A stretch of DNA of 53,601 nt, counting the filler, from Streblomastix strix (taxonomy: Eukaryota): the NCBI GenBank assembly GCA_008636045.1. It is 3 parts of 3 records of this genome, joined end to end, with 100 filler letters (N's around TTAATTAATTAA, not from the genome) between each part and the next. Parts side by side here need not be neighbours in the genome. Positions count along the whole stretch, not along the records: positions 1 to 17,816 come from SNRW01000670.1; 2 more parts are not named here. One strand, given 5' to 3'. Below are positions 1 to 14,300 of the stretch, piece after piece. Both the position numbers and the translations under genes were made by a program. Within the stretch, counting starts at the first letter, position 1, and each line of letters begins with the position of its first letter. Under the pieces are notes generated by a model. The model was given only the letters and a program-made list of their open reading frames with translations. It was not told the origin of the DNA and did no database searches.

Positions 1-116
1 CCTATTTCTCCAGAAACAAACGCAGTTGCGCACATGCTCGAAATTGGAGAAAATGCAAAAAGCAGTGTTTCTTCTGCAAATAAAAACTTACTCTAGTAAC
101 TCCTAGTTCGTTTCAT
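1..116 (-). CDS. 5' end of a gene running off the window, possibly a WD40-repeat protein
   Basis: ATG at 116 gives MKRTRSYQSKFLFAEETLLFAFSPISSMCATAFVSGEIG (TAG=Q). The 'FAFSP...ATAFVSGEI' segment resembles a first WD40 blade. It is preceded by a candidate 5'-UTR intron at 121-176. Confidence 0.45.
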
Positions 117-1309
117 CTCTCTAAATTAAAATAAATATAGAGTATTAAGATCAAAAAATTTGTAATAAATAATTACAAATAAGATCATTTCTAACTAATA
201 AATAATTATTTGATTCAACATTATTTGAATAAACTTTATCATTTCTATATCTCAATGTTTATTAAATTGGAATTTTAATATTTGATTAAGTATAAATCAG
301 TGTTATTTGCATATTTATAATATTAAAATTCTCCCAAATATTTTGAGGAATGCGCTACATGCATTTTGTTATAATTGACTTTCAATTAAGTTTAGAATAG
401 TTGGATGAATGTTTAATTGTATAAAAAATTGGAGTTTTGTTGTGTTATAGTATAATAATTGTCGATTTAATATAATCTATTACGAATTGTGAGTAAAATT
501 AGAAATTATAATTTATCATTTATAGAGTGTATTTAATGAATATAACTATGATTTCTATTTAAATGAATGATTTAAAAATATTTTTATTCGATTAATATTG
601 ATTGCCTTCGCGAATTCCGTTTTTTGGAAGAATTAATTCTCATAGACCCATTTATTCTTTTAATAGAAGTAATGAATATGAACAAATTAGTATTGAAATA
701 TCTAATTATTTCATGCAAGTAGAGATCAACATTATTTTCACAGTTAATTCCTCAGTAATTAGCAATCCTACATAACCTATTAATATTCAAATGTTTTTCA
801 TCCACATCTAAATCTTTAATATGTATTTATCTTCTTAATATTCAGTCTAAAATATATTTTATGTATGGATTTCAATCAATCTTATATATTTATTTAAATA
901 ATTTCTGTAATATTATGAAAAAATTATTTAGATTGCTAAATAAAGTATCTAATTTAATTAATTTATTTAAACATTTAGAAAAAATATATGAACTTTGAAA
1001 ATTATCACTAATAAAAGAAGTTTATAGTAAAATATTATCATAATAACTATTAGAGATTATAAAGCGCGGTTGAAAGATCCTAGTATTGTGAATATCAGCA
1101 TTTGTGATTTGTGCTGATTTGCTGGTAAAAGCATTTAAAGTTGCAGATTAAAAGTGGCATATTATTAAAAATTAATTTAGATAAATAGTCACAAAATGTT
1201 GAAACAACTCTACGCCATGAATAAATTAAGAAACTATTAAAAATTGGCGTTTAAAATATCATATAATGAAGATAAATAAAAGTGAAAGTGGAGATATTAA
1301 AAATAATTA

Positions 1310-1450
1310 CAATTATCAATAAACAATTAAAAATGAATAAGAATAAGTGTGAAAGTGAAAGTTGAAATATAAAATATAATTACATTTTGCAATAAACATT
1401 TAAAAACGAATAAGAATAAGTGTGAAAGTGAAAGTTGAAATATCAAAAAT
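1310..1450. repeat. Two-copy direct repeat, ~73-bp period
   Basis: AATAAGAATAAGTGTGAAAGTGAAAGTTGAAATAT occurs at ~1337 and ~1409 with similar flanks. Confidence 0.8.
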
Positions 1451-1495
1451 AGTTTAGAAATAGCAAAAATGATTAAAAACTAATGACTAATAGTT

Positions 1496-2200
1496 TCAAG
1501 ATTTAAAGAGTTTATCACCCTAAACAACACGTTATGCAAAACGAATAAAATTCTTCTCGTTTATCCAAATTTACCAATCCATGACTTCAAGAATGACCAA
1601 TTCACTTTCTGCTAGGGTGTGAATATCCATTGAGAACGCGTTAGACCACCAAGAGTTCTTATATGGTTAATCACGAAGAAATTTAAGCACTAAACCACAC
1701 ACACAAACGAGTGCTGTTCCAAGATTGTCCGTATTTACAATAGTTCGACCCTTTTCTTTACTTTTTTGTAATAGAATTTCTAATGTTTGTAGAGCAACAA
1801 GTATTTCACTCAGCGTAAGTTAGGCATTTTAACGGACGTATTGTAAGAATATTTTCACGTTCTCCAGAGTGACAAAATCAGCTGCTCCACTTATGCTTGC
1901 TTGAACAATATCCGTTAAAAATTGTGAAAGTTTCTCTATGTGTTAATCCGAAGGTAAGTTGATTAAATCTAGAACAAGATTTGATTTTTCTTATTATAAG
2001 AGAGAATATTTTGTGCTTTGTGAAGAGCTAGCTTTGTCCATAAGTAAAGAATTCGCGTCTTTTTCTTGTTTTTCGGATTGTGACTCATTTCTATAAATCT
2101 AATCATCTTTATAGCTATGTATTTTACTGCAATTTCTATCCGGTTACGTGCTTTTCTCCATGCAGATGTCCTTGCTTCGAGAGCTTCGAGAAGTACACAT
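1496..2200 (-). CDS. Cyclin, Pho80/PCL (cyclin U/P)-like, 234 aa
   Basis: The frame is open with TAR=Gln from ATG 2200 to TGA 1496. C-terminal cyclin box: 'LSEILVALQTLE...LVCVCGLVLKFLRDQPYKNSWWSNAFSMDIHTLAESELVILEVMDWQIWI'. Confidence 0.8.
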
Positions 2201-2331
2201 TTATTTTCACCATTTCTTCAAAAAAAATTTTTTAAAAAAGTTCAATGAGTGGATTTGTATATTTTTTGAATTATATTCAGTTTATAATTTTTCTTAAAAA
2301 CAACTATATAATAAAAGATATGAGAATTGAT

Positions 2332-5300
2332 TCATTTCAAAAAAATTTTCTTTTTCAGTTCTTTTTTAGATTATATCAACTTCTTCTTTTCGATTTTGAT
2401 ATCCATCTGAAGTTTTATATCAATGAATCTACTAATCATATCAAACTCTCTTAAATTGATAAGAACTGGACCGTTTACTTACTCCCAATTATTAATTTTT
2501 TATCGTTTGTTTGTTGATAGAAATTTAATTAAATCTACATCTCTCAGTCGAATAAATTTATTTAATGTGCATCGTGATGCATATTATAGTATATCTTACT
2601 GGATTGTTGAAGATTAAGATGATGAATGATGATTACGATGAAATGGACAAATCAGTTCAAGAAAGAGAAGACTTCTGCGATACTCTACTTAATAAGCAAA
2701 TTAGAAAGCATATTTGGCATACTATATCAACTCCTCAAGAGATTATAAACTGTATTGAGCAACAATCAATTATAAAATTGATAATTCAACTTCCATTAAT
2801 TCAATATCTTCATACAGTTCAATTAAATAGCAATTATTCTGTTTAGAGGATATATATGAATTTTCAAATAAAGTGGATAGAAAATTGGATTTGATTGTAC
2901 TTGATTCGTTTATGTATTAATCAACTTATATTTATTTATCTTTTTCAAAAGAATTAAAGTTTCTTCCAAATCTATAAGCAAAATTATTATTATTATTCAT
3001 TTAGTTTTTCTTCATGTCAGATGAAACTGTTTATTTCGATGAAGTGGAAGATTATGAATCTAATTATGTGATCAACAAGTGTTAATGTTATTGAATGTTA
3101 TTTTATTCGTTTGATTAATCTACGCATTTATCCTATTCTTGATCATCATATATTATTCTAATTGATTTATTTAAATTATTTTTTTTATATTTATTTGTGA
3201 ATTTTAAATTTCTTCATTCGCATTTTCTGTTTTACTTTATTATTATAAGTCAGATGATGATACCAAATATCCAACCTTATCTAAAAGCTCAATCTATTTA
3301 AATACATCTTATATAAAGCTCTGTTATTAACTTCTTATTGATGTAACAATATCAGGACAAATATTAATTAAAATAGCATCCTTTTCTTTAAGAAAATTCT
3401 GACTATTTTATATATTATTAAGATATTAAATACAATAAGAGCTAAGAACGTTCTTACTTCGTAATTTAAGATTATTATTATTTTTTATCTTTTCACAAAA
3501 ACTAAGAATTAAATTTGCCATTTTTTCATTTAAATTATTTGATGAATTTATGAATTAAGAAAAATTACTTTAATTTCTTTATTTCCATATGATATTAATT
3601 TAATCCCATGAAAAGTTACTAAAGAAATATTAAGCAGCAGATTATTAAAATTATCGAGTTTGGTTTGAATCAAGTTTTATGATCCATTATATTTAATAGA
3701 TTAAGAAATAGATTTTTTTCTTTTAATATTTTAATTATGTTTATTTGATTTGATTTTAATAAGAAATTCGGATATTCCTTTGAGAATAAGTAGATGAGGA
3801 GAAAGTTCAAAACGGCCACAGCGAGGAAGAATTATTGGATGTTCGAATGGAAAGGTCTATGTTTATGATTAATTATATTATTCTGATTAATTATTGAAAA
3901 TAGTATTTATTGTGAATTAAAATAAGTGAAGAAGGCATGAAGAAGCAGATTTCACACACAATTCTATCAATAATCGAGTAACAAGGATAAGGTGAGATTT
4001 ATCAATCTAATTTATGTCTTCAAATATTATTATATCTTAATCGACTAATCTTTAATTTCCATTATATGTTTATGATTTTTCTGCATTCTTTGATTCTTTG
4101 ATTTCATTCATTTCTTCAAAATTAACTTCATTTTTAATTTGTTAAATATTAAATTCTATTCTTTTTGTAATCAATTTAAATAGTGAGAAAAGAAAAACAA
4201 GTGGATCAATACATAATTAAGAAGATTTTATATTATTCTGCAGATAATCTGATGATAATGAAGATATGTTATTTTTGATTGATTGAAGAAGATTTTGATG
4301 TTTATTCTATTCATCTTATTTTTGGTTTTAATAAGATTAATTAATTTAATGTTCATCAAAGAATGAAGTAATGTTAATATAAGGTAATACCCATCCCCAT
4401 CCAAATGAGGTGATCATCCTCAGAGAGAAATAGTTATTAAAAGAATTTGATTTTAATGAATTATTTTGATGAAATAATGAATCTTTATATAATTTTTAAT
4501 CTGAGGTATTTTATTTATTAATTTTGAGAAAGTCAAGAATAAAATTCAAATAAATTTCGCTATCTCTTTAGTTTTGTTAATCTATTTGTTGTATAACATT
4601 TGATTTTTCATTTTCATTTTCAATTTCAATTTATTTATCATGGATTGGTTCTTTAGTAATGTTTGGAAGATTTGGAAATTAAAGTTTTGCAATGTCATTC
4701 AATGGATAAGCTAATTTCAATCCAGATAAGTCAGGAAGTAGTGATTATTAAGGTTAAATTTATGAAACATTAAATTATGACTGATATTAACTAATTTAAT
4801 TATTGTATGGTTATAATGGAAATGAATATACAGGGTTGGGATGAGAAAAATCTGATATTTAATATTTATTATGACTTTGAATTATATTAAGTGGAGTAAA
4901 TAATTGTTTTTATGGCGTTTTAATGATATTTTATTAAATATTTTCTCTTTCTTTTTCTTTAAAAAATTCAGTATTTTCATTGATTTCTGTGATTTGATTA
5001 GATTTTGAGTGTATTTTTATCTTTATTTTCTTATTCTTGTCTTGGCAATTCCAAATATTTTGCCCACATTGTTTATCAGTTAGAAGAAAAAAAGAGTTAA
5101 TTAAAACAATGCAGCATTATTCAACAGAAGATAAAGCTATCATTGATGCTTTGAAAAAGAATTTTTAATTCTTTTCATTGTCTAATTTAATTTATGTTTT
5201 ACCTTTTTATATATTCTTGTTTTATCCCATCTGTGATTCTAAATGTAATAATAATTATTCTTTTAGTTATGGATGAACAAATTCTGATCGTACATCAGAT

Positions 5301-8300
5301 GTACCAGTATATAAAGATATCGTTTAAGCCATCATTCTTTTTGATTCATTGTTTAAATTGAGTGATTCATTGAATTATATATATTGACTCATATTCGGGA
5401 GATAAGTTAATGACTGTGAAGAAAGTGGATGATTATGAATATGATTAAGATGAAATGGTAATTATCCAATAAAATCTTTATTCATTTATTATAAAGTTTA
5501 TTATTATTAATATTTATTGGAAATACTTTTTGAAAATAATAATTTAGATGCCTGTGGAAGCAAGTTTATAAAAATACTATTAATCCAATGATTGTTTGCT
5601 CTTTTTCTTTTTCTTTTGTTTTGTTATTTTGTATCTGATAATGAAAATGAATCACTTTCTGAGCTACTCTCAGTCGACTCATCATAATCAATTACATCTT
5701 ATAATGATTCATCTTATATTTGATCTTAAGTCATAAAATTTGTTTCATCCCTCATAAAATTCATATCCCAATAAAGTTCAATTTAATCAACGCCATATAC
5801 ATTTCCTAATGAATAATCTGATTATTCTTCATTTTAATGAAGAATAGCGAAATTTTATTTCGCTGCAGTATATCCATTAATAAATCCTCTAATTAAAACA
5901 TCAGAATCGTTCTTACTCTATTATTAAAAATTCGTTTCTGAATTTGTTAAATCAAGAGTAAATAATTTAAATATAATAGAAAGAGAAAGAAAAGGCCTAG
6001 AAAGTATATCTTAAACTAATCGTATGATCTGATATAAAGGCTTTTTATTAGTTGGATTATATATGTGGATAATATGAACCAATTGTAATGTTTCCAAAAT
6101 ATGTTGAACAAATTAGTGAGATTCTGAATTTTATACTTCACTAGATAAAAATTTGGGGTTATAAATGAGAGAAGGTTCAAAATAATCTTATTTTTTACCT
6201 CTAACAACAATGTCTCTTCCAATAAATGATGACGTTCTTTCAAGGAAAGAAATTGATTCAGAGAAGCATTAAAATGAATTATTATTAATAAACTGAAAAA
6301 TAATTCTAATTCTGATAGTCTAAATCCAATAAGCAATTTTAAATAAAGAAGGGTGTGATAACTTAAATTAAAAGAAAAGAGGAGTAGATTGACGCGTGAA
6401 CATATTAGAAATAGAATTTTTTAATTCGTTAAAGTTTTCATTCATTTAATTTAGTGATTTATTCTTTTAATTTAATTTACTTAATGTATTGCTTTCAAAA
6501 TTATTTAATTCTTATTCTTAATTATTTTGAGGGGTTGGGGGACGACTAGATTTTAATATCTAAGACGCATTCTTTGCAAATTCTTTCAACGGAATAACTG
6601 ATCTGAATCGATTTGAAAGAGAAGGCAAAGAAAATGATGATGTATGCGAAATTAAATTAGACTAACTTTATTTTTGTTGATCTTTTGAAGAATCAGTCGA
6701 TGATAATGAAATTGTAGTAGTACGAGGAAGATTGACTTCTAATGTTACTGTAGACTCAGTATGTTCATTCAAAGGAATTAATGGTTGCTGTGATTATATA
6801 TATTATTATTATGTTTACAGCCCAATTTAATCTTATTTGTTCTCAATTTCTTTTTCAATTTTTATTATTTTTTCCTTTTCTGCTACCGAATACTCCTAAG
6901 TTAATATTTACCCTTCACTACCATTATATTATTATGATGAATCTTTCTATTGTACGTTTATTTCTTCTTATTTATTCTCTTTATTTTATTCTTTCATGAT
7001 ATCTAATTATTTTAAGTTTTATTTATTAATTACTTCATCATAGATATTTTTTTCTTCTAAATCAATTTAGGAATATATTAAAGAAAAATAATTTTGATTT
7101 AATTTATATGTTAATTATTGAATATTAGAATTATTATTAACAAATAAATTCCTCAAAATATTATTGTTTATGTCATAATTTTCTGAGATGCATTTTATTT
7201 TCTTCATTAATTCATCTTTAATTTCGATATCTGTTATAAGTCTATCGCATTAATCTTCATCTTCTAATCTTTCTTAAATTTAATCATTCATTTTAAATTG
7301 AATTTCTAAAAAAGATTACAAACTATATATAATTTCATTTGAGAAATAAAGAATAGGAATCTTAGAAAGAAAATATGCTGTTAATAGAATATATTATTTA
7401 TATAATTTATTCAAATAAGATGAGTGAGAATTAGATTAAGAGAATTTTGAGGAAGATTTAAATAATTAGTTTATTTATTTTTATTCATGTTTTATCTGTT
7501 TGTTAGTTAGATAGGCAAGATATGCAAAAGAGGCAGCTGTAGAAATATTGAGATGATATCGTCTGGATAAAAAAAGTGATGATGTAAGATAATTATGAAA
7601 AATGAGAAGAATGGAAGAAATTGTATGATTTAAATAATTGATTGTAATTTCCTTAATCTAATTTTAATTTTATAATCTCTAATTTATTTGATTAGTTTAA
7701 TTATGCAAGATATCAGATTATTAAATATCTAATTCACTTTCTTCATCACCTTTATCAAATATTAATTTTTTCAGTCTTTTCTTATTAATTTGAATCTAAG
7801 ATTATTTTGACATCGCTTTTTCATCATTTGAATTATCAGAATCTGTAAATATTTCATTATCTTTTTCTTTTTAATTTAATTATAGTGTAATATTTTAATT
7901 AATCTATTCTTCAATTAATAAAGATTGATTTTTCTTTAATTGAGTTTTGTTAATAAGATTTTATTATTATATTTCAGCTACTTTTGAATTATCTGATTTA
8001 TTATAATTTTTTTATATTTAATCTTCATTTTCTCTCTTTCTTTTCTTCTTCTTCATTATAATTTAATTGTCAAATAAATTATTTTCATTTTCTTCTTCTT
8101 AATCAGATTAAATTAAATTATTTTCTTTTTCATTTTCGTATTCTCTTCCATTAAACATGTTTTAATCATGAAGATCTAAATATTATTCAACTTCATTATC
8201 AGAATTATCTTTTGTTATTTTAACGTTAGTTTTTTCAATTTCATTTGATCCATCATCATCTTCAATATTTAATCTCATTCTCTTAATTCCAGATCTCTGA

Positions 8301-11300
8301 ATATTTAAGTTCTCTTATTTATTTCCATTGTTTTCAGTTTCTGATCTGTTATTTTTATTATTCTTATTTGAATTAAGTTTATCACATGTTAAAAAATTTT
8401 CAGTTTCAAATTAATTTAGCGTATTCAATCCATATTATTCACATAATTAATATAATTTACTGTCTTTCAATTATTTTTTATCTTTCATTTATTCAAAAAT
8501 TAATATGAAATCTTCAATTTATTTTAAATTCTTTGATATACAAGGAAATATATAATTGGGATTATTAATAAAATTAATTGTTAATTAATTTATGTTGCTC
8601 AGAAACTATTTTTCAGGATCATTTTATTCTTTATTCATTTCTGTTTGAATTTCTTATTAATCATCATTTTATTAAAAACCATTTTTACATAATAATATGT
8701 TGTATTCTTTTAATATCTATTAAATTCTTTTGTTTGATTTCATAATATCTTTAATAAAATTAGGAATAGATACTTTTGTTAATTTCCATTTTAATATATT
8801 GATATATGCTTGAGCAACAATAGCATTTGATTCATAAATATCTTTTTCATATAATATTTATTCTTATTTTTATATTGATGAAAATGATGGTTATTATTAT
8901 TCAAATTTAGTTTATTCATTGATGTTATTATTTTTACTTTTTTAATCACTAGTCATATCAAAAGATGAAGGTTATGATTAAGTGGCACATTGAATAATAT
9001 TTTATTTCCTTAATTTCATAAAATGTAGCTGTTCTAAACAATAAAGTCCATTATCCGCCAGTTATTCAAAAGAAAATTATTTGATTTTATTATTTGTTTT
9101 GGTTAATTTGTGAATGTTATTTAACTGTGGCGCAAAGAAATCAATATTGTTGAATAAAGATGATAATTATTATTCATTAATAATTTTTATATCAAGTTCA
9201 TCTATTATCTAAGTAGATGAATTTATAATAAAGTTTTAATTACTTTAATTTCTGGTTAATTATGAGAATTTAGATGTTATTATTGAATGTGATAGTTCTA
9301 ATGATTATTAAATTTAATTATACTCCTGAAAGTTTGAAGATTAAGATGTAGATAAAAAAGTAGTAGGAATTTGTTAAGAAGAAGAAATTTGATTTTATTT
9401 TGGGATAGATTGTTATTGGGGTTATTTTTATAATGATTAATTTATATGTAAAGATTGCGTTATAATCTGTAAAGCCAGCGAATATATACACGAATATTGC
9501 ACTAATTGAGGAGAAAGATAATAAATCGATCAAGAAAATAAATTAATAATGAAGTATTATGCTAATTTTATCCAATTTTTTTCTTCAATAATTGAATTTG
9601 ACGCTTTATATGATTCTTATTATGATTGATTAATTAATAAGGATTTTATTAAAAATTATACAGTTTAACTTGTCAGAGGTTAATACAAATTTAAAATCTA
9701 AAATAATTCATTTTCTAATGATTATTTATTTATTTACTATATAATAATCTGGCTATGTTGGCTATATATCCATAAAAATGTTTGAAGAATAAGATTTGGA
9801 ATTGAAATCTTATTTGATTTTGTAGCAATATGAAAATTTAATGAATTAATTTAATCATTTTATCGTAATAATAATTCACTATTAAAATTTTAATTTTGTT
9901 TTGTTTTCACAATCAATTTGCTATTTTTCTTTTAATTCTTTTGCTTTTTTATATTGTTTTTCATTTCTTTATCTTTAAATCTCTATTCATTATTATCAAA
10001 TTATTAATCACTTAATTCATCACATAATGTCAGATAAGGTAAATATGCAAAAAGAAGATTAAGATGAATAATAGGTGAAAATGAATAACTCTTATAATTA
10101 TCCAATTATATATTTGGTTGAATTTATTTCCATTAATTAAATATGATTTAGTTTGAAGAAGATAACATTTCATTATTATTTTATTAAATATTTTATCCAT
10201 TCATATTTTATTTGAAATAATCAGACATTATTGTCCATCCATCGGGTGTAAGATTTTATTAATTTTCAATTTTATGTTTCTACTATAATTACCTCATTAA
10301 ATAAATAAGAATAGGAATTTGAAATATGTTCTATTCTTTAAGAACATTATTATTAAAATACTTAAATTATAATATATTTTACTTTTGATTTATAAATTGT
10401 GGATATATTGGTTATGAAATGTACTTTGGTGAAGTAATTGTAATTGATCTGTTATTGAAAATTGGAGGTAATGGAGAGAAAGCAATCTTTTTTAACCAAT
10501 ATTCAGATGATAGAGAAAATGGAATATATTTTTGAATTTATGACAAATCAGGTTTTGTTTTGGTTTATCCTTTGCCTTTTTCTTAGTCTTTCTTTTTAAT
10601 CTTTTCCTTTTATATTTCATCGTTTTAAACATTTAATAACTTTTCCATTTCTAATTTTTTCAGTTTCTTCTTTTCTCGATTTTTTTCATTTAAATAATTT
10701 TTTTTCTCTTTCTAAATTATCTTCCTTTTTTCATTAACATAAAAATCTATTTTTTTCTTATTATCATCTTATATTTATTAAATTTACAATTCTGATTATT
10801 ATTTTATTACCGTTTGATCAAATAGTAATGAAGATAATGATTATAAGCTTTATAAATGAATTATTTCAATTCTGTGAAGAAAATGTCTCCAGTCTTTGTG
10901 TTAAATATTTAAGAATTTATTATTTATTTAATTGATACTTTATTGTTCAAAATTATTTGATATTTATTCTTCTTTTTCTTTCTCTTTCTCTTCAATTATA
11001 TCTTTCTCCATCATTTTTTCATTTTCTTTCTATTTTTCAGCATCCGTTGAAGATTGAAATAGTATTTCCAAAGAATCTAAGCTTTCTAACGAGTCACTTT
11101 CCTCATCAACATTAATGTATGAAATATTGAAAAATTCATTACTTTTTGAAAATGATAATTATTATTATTTATAATAAACAGATAGGATATTTTGTAAATT
11201 GATAGAAAATAAATAAAACGATGGAATTTTGTCTTATTTAAGTGATGAATAAAGCACAGAATAAGTATAAATTTATCGGATAATATTAGATTTGTATTGA

Positions 11301-14300
11301 TTATGCTTTATTTTAATATTATCATTATTTTCAAATTTCTATTTTTCTTCGCTTTCTAGTGGTAATAATTAATCAAATATAAGAAGAGTATTCATCATCG
11401 GCAAAATAATTGCTTCAACAGATTCATCAAATATTTCTCCAAAATAAAACGTAATATTATTATTTTATTGTGATTATGATATTTATTTCTATTATATCAA
11501 ACTTTATTAATGATTAAGAAATGAGCAATAAGAAAGATATTCATTAGATGTTTCTAGAAATGAAACGATTTAAGAAGGTTATAAATGAAGAAAAGATTGG
11601 TAATTTATATTTATTTTCGAATTTTTGTCATAAATATTATCTCTATACTCATCATTAGAATCTTATTAATGTTAACAGTTAAATGATTAATTAACAATAT
11701 CATTTAATTTCATCCTTACTCTATCAACCGAATAATATGAAGAAGAATAATTATTTAATTAATCATATATATTTATACTATTAAAATCATTAGGTTTCGC
11801 ATTATTTGCTATTCTATTATTACCATCATCAATTTATTCTTTTTTTATTTACATTTTTTATTTTGAATCTATTTATATTTTATATTAATTTGCATGAATA
11901 CAAAATATAGAAGCAAAACAAGAGAGAATAATGGAAGATATGGGAGAAATTGAATCATCAATAACAAAAACTAATCAAAATAAGCAATTCAATAACCGAG
12001 ATAGGCAGTTTTCGAGAAATGAATTCGAAGAGATAATTTCTTTCAGTTGTTCGTGAGTTTCACAGAAATCAGATTCAATTTTATCAATATTCATTTCGTT
12101 CTTTATTTATTATTCTTATGAGGATTTATATTATTGATACTTAACTAGAATAATTAAAGATCTTGATGAAATTCCAAGAATGATTGATAAGAAGTTTAAT
12201 AATGTAGTTTTTTGTGGATCATCTGTTTTCTAAAATAATTTCTTCAATGATTGAATTGAATCTAATTCAAGCATTTCCAAAAATTCTATAGATAAGAACA
12301 ATGCACACAAAGAAATAGTACAACAATTTAAAAGATCAAATTATTTTGATTAATAATACTAATTCGATGATTAGGATGCTGCAATGAAGTTGAGAGTAAA
12401 AATGGAGAAGAATTTTGAAGGGAATAAGAGTGAAAAATATTATTGAATCATTTCTAAAAGTGGATTAATAGAAAAAAGAAGAGAAAGAGTTATTTAGAGG
12501 TGAGTATATGTTGAAGGGATCAATAAGTATTGAAGTGATTGTTAAGAATGAAATTATGGAATTTATAATTTACATTCATATTATTCTAAGTTTTATTCTG
12601 ATTATTATACAGAAGATGATGAAATGGGATTTTTTATATTTTTATCTATAATAAAATATTCAAATACATCCGAAAGAGAATTTGCAGCTTTCTTTATATG
12701 TTACAAAATAAGAATTACTTTTTCTTCAATAGATTATGTAAATGATGATGACTTGACATACGGTTTAGATTCAAAGTTAATAAGAAAACTTTAGTTTTAA
12801 TTGTCTGTTTAATCAATATTTCTAATATATGACATACTATTAGGTTTAAATAATTATCTACTAAAATTGGTTTAATATTCTTACTAACAAATATTTATCA
12901 TTCTGGTTTATTCTTAATCAATTTCATTTTGAGAACAATAATAATTTTGAGATTAATCAAATGAAGCATTATTTTATACACTATCTATGTTATTCTTTTA
13001 AATCTTTGCATTTTTATTATTATTAGCTGATGCATTTATCTATTCATCAAATGGAATAATATCCATATTTGAAAGTAATAATAATATAGAAGATTTTATT
13101 TTCTCAAGAAAGTGCATTTTTTTCTGAATTTATAAAAAACCAATCATTGAAATTAAATTAAATTGTTTCTTCTGAATATTTTAAGGATATGATTATTTAT
13201 TCTTTATTTCACTAAGATGAGGCAATTCAATAAAAGTATTTGCTTACTGTGATTTTTATTCACTATTATGCAAATCAATAAGTTGATTATATTTCTATAT
13301 ATCAATTAAACAGTTTTAAATTTTGAATTCTGAAATTTGTTGATATTCATCACTCCCTACATATAAAACTAAAATTATCTTGAAAAGTGCAAAATCATTT
13401 CTTAATTTTAGTTCCTACGTTATTAAATATTTCATTTATAAACAAGCTGCTTGTAATGATGATGATTATTAGGACGATTAATCAATTAATGAATATAATT
13501 ATGAATTGTGAAAAATATGCTAAATTGTATATGAAAGCAATTCACTCATTTATGTTAATTGCGTTCTTACCATTGATAATGTCATTCATCTTACATCCGA
13601 TATAATTATTGATTGATTAATAAATTGAAGAAACTGAAAAACTTTTGAATTTTATTGGTTTTAAAGTTAAATAAATTATTTAGAAGAATTATTACTATTC
13701 TTTCCAAAGCATTATTATGAAAGTGAAGCAATCAGTTATTCAATATGAGTTTGTATCCGAGATTATTAGAAATGAAATGAAATATCTTTCTCATAAAATG
13801 AATCAATTAATGAAGAATATGGATCTAAAGGAAGTGGAAATGATTCACCAAGAAGAATATGCAAGAATATCAGTTCATCAGAAATAATCTCAAGAGCCAT
13901 AATTAGTGCAGATATATAAATAAAATTAAGAGAGACATTGAAATATGAATCTTTCTAACTTAAAGAATCAGTTATTTCATTTTATGATTCGTTAAATTTA
14001 GAGTTCTGTTGAAAAAGCTATTATAAACAGCCTTATCGAAGAAGTAGACAAACAGATTGTGCGAAAATTAAGCGAAGTGAGATTGTCCATTAAATTTCAT
14101 TAAAGTTTCTAATTTGTTCAAAATCATTTATATAAAATTGGTTGTGTTTTATTATAATGCAATATTTTGTCATAAAATATATAATATGAGAAAGAATTGT
14201 GATGCAATTAAACGAGTATGAAGAATATTTATCATTAATAATATTATTATTTTATTAACACAAATTTTGGTTTTGTGAGAGTTTATAAAAGAAATCTTAG

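Noticed and set aside
340..1290. Possible gene relic between the WD40-like gene and the cyclin
   Set aside because: Frames are interrupted by TGA and no family motif was recognised.
1310..1450. CRISPR-like repeat-spacer array
   Set aside because: There are only two copies, the 'spacers' are similar to each other, and the context is eukaryotic with no cas genes.
2245..13605. Short ORFs of the supplied track (e.g. 2565-2846, 6016-6336, 6781-6999, 13387-13605)
   Set aside because: They are antisense or off-frame shadows of the giant minus-strand gene under the wrong genetic code.
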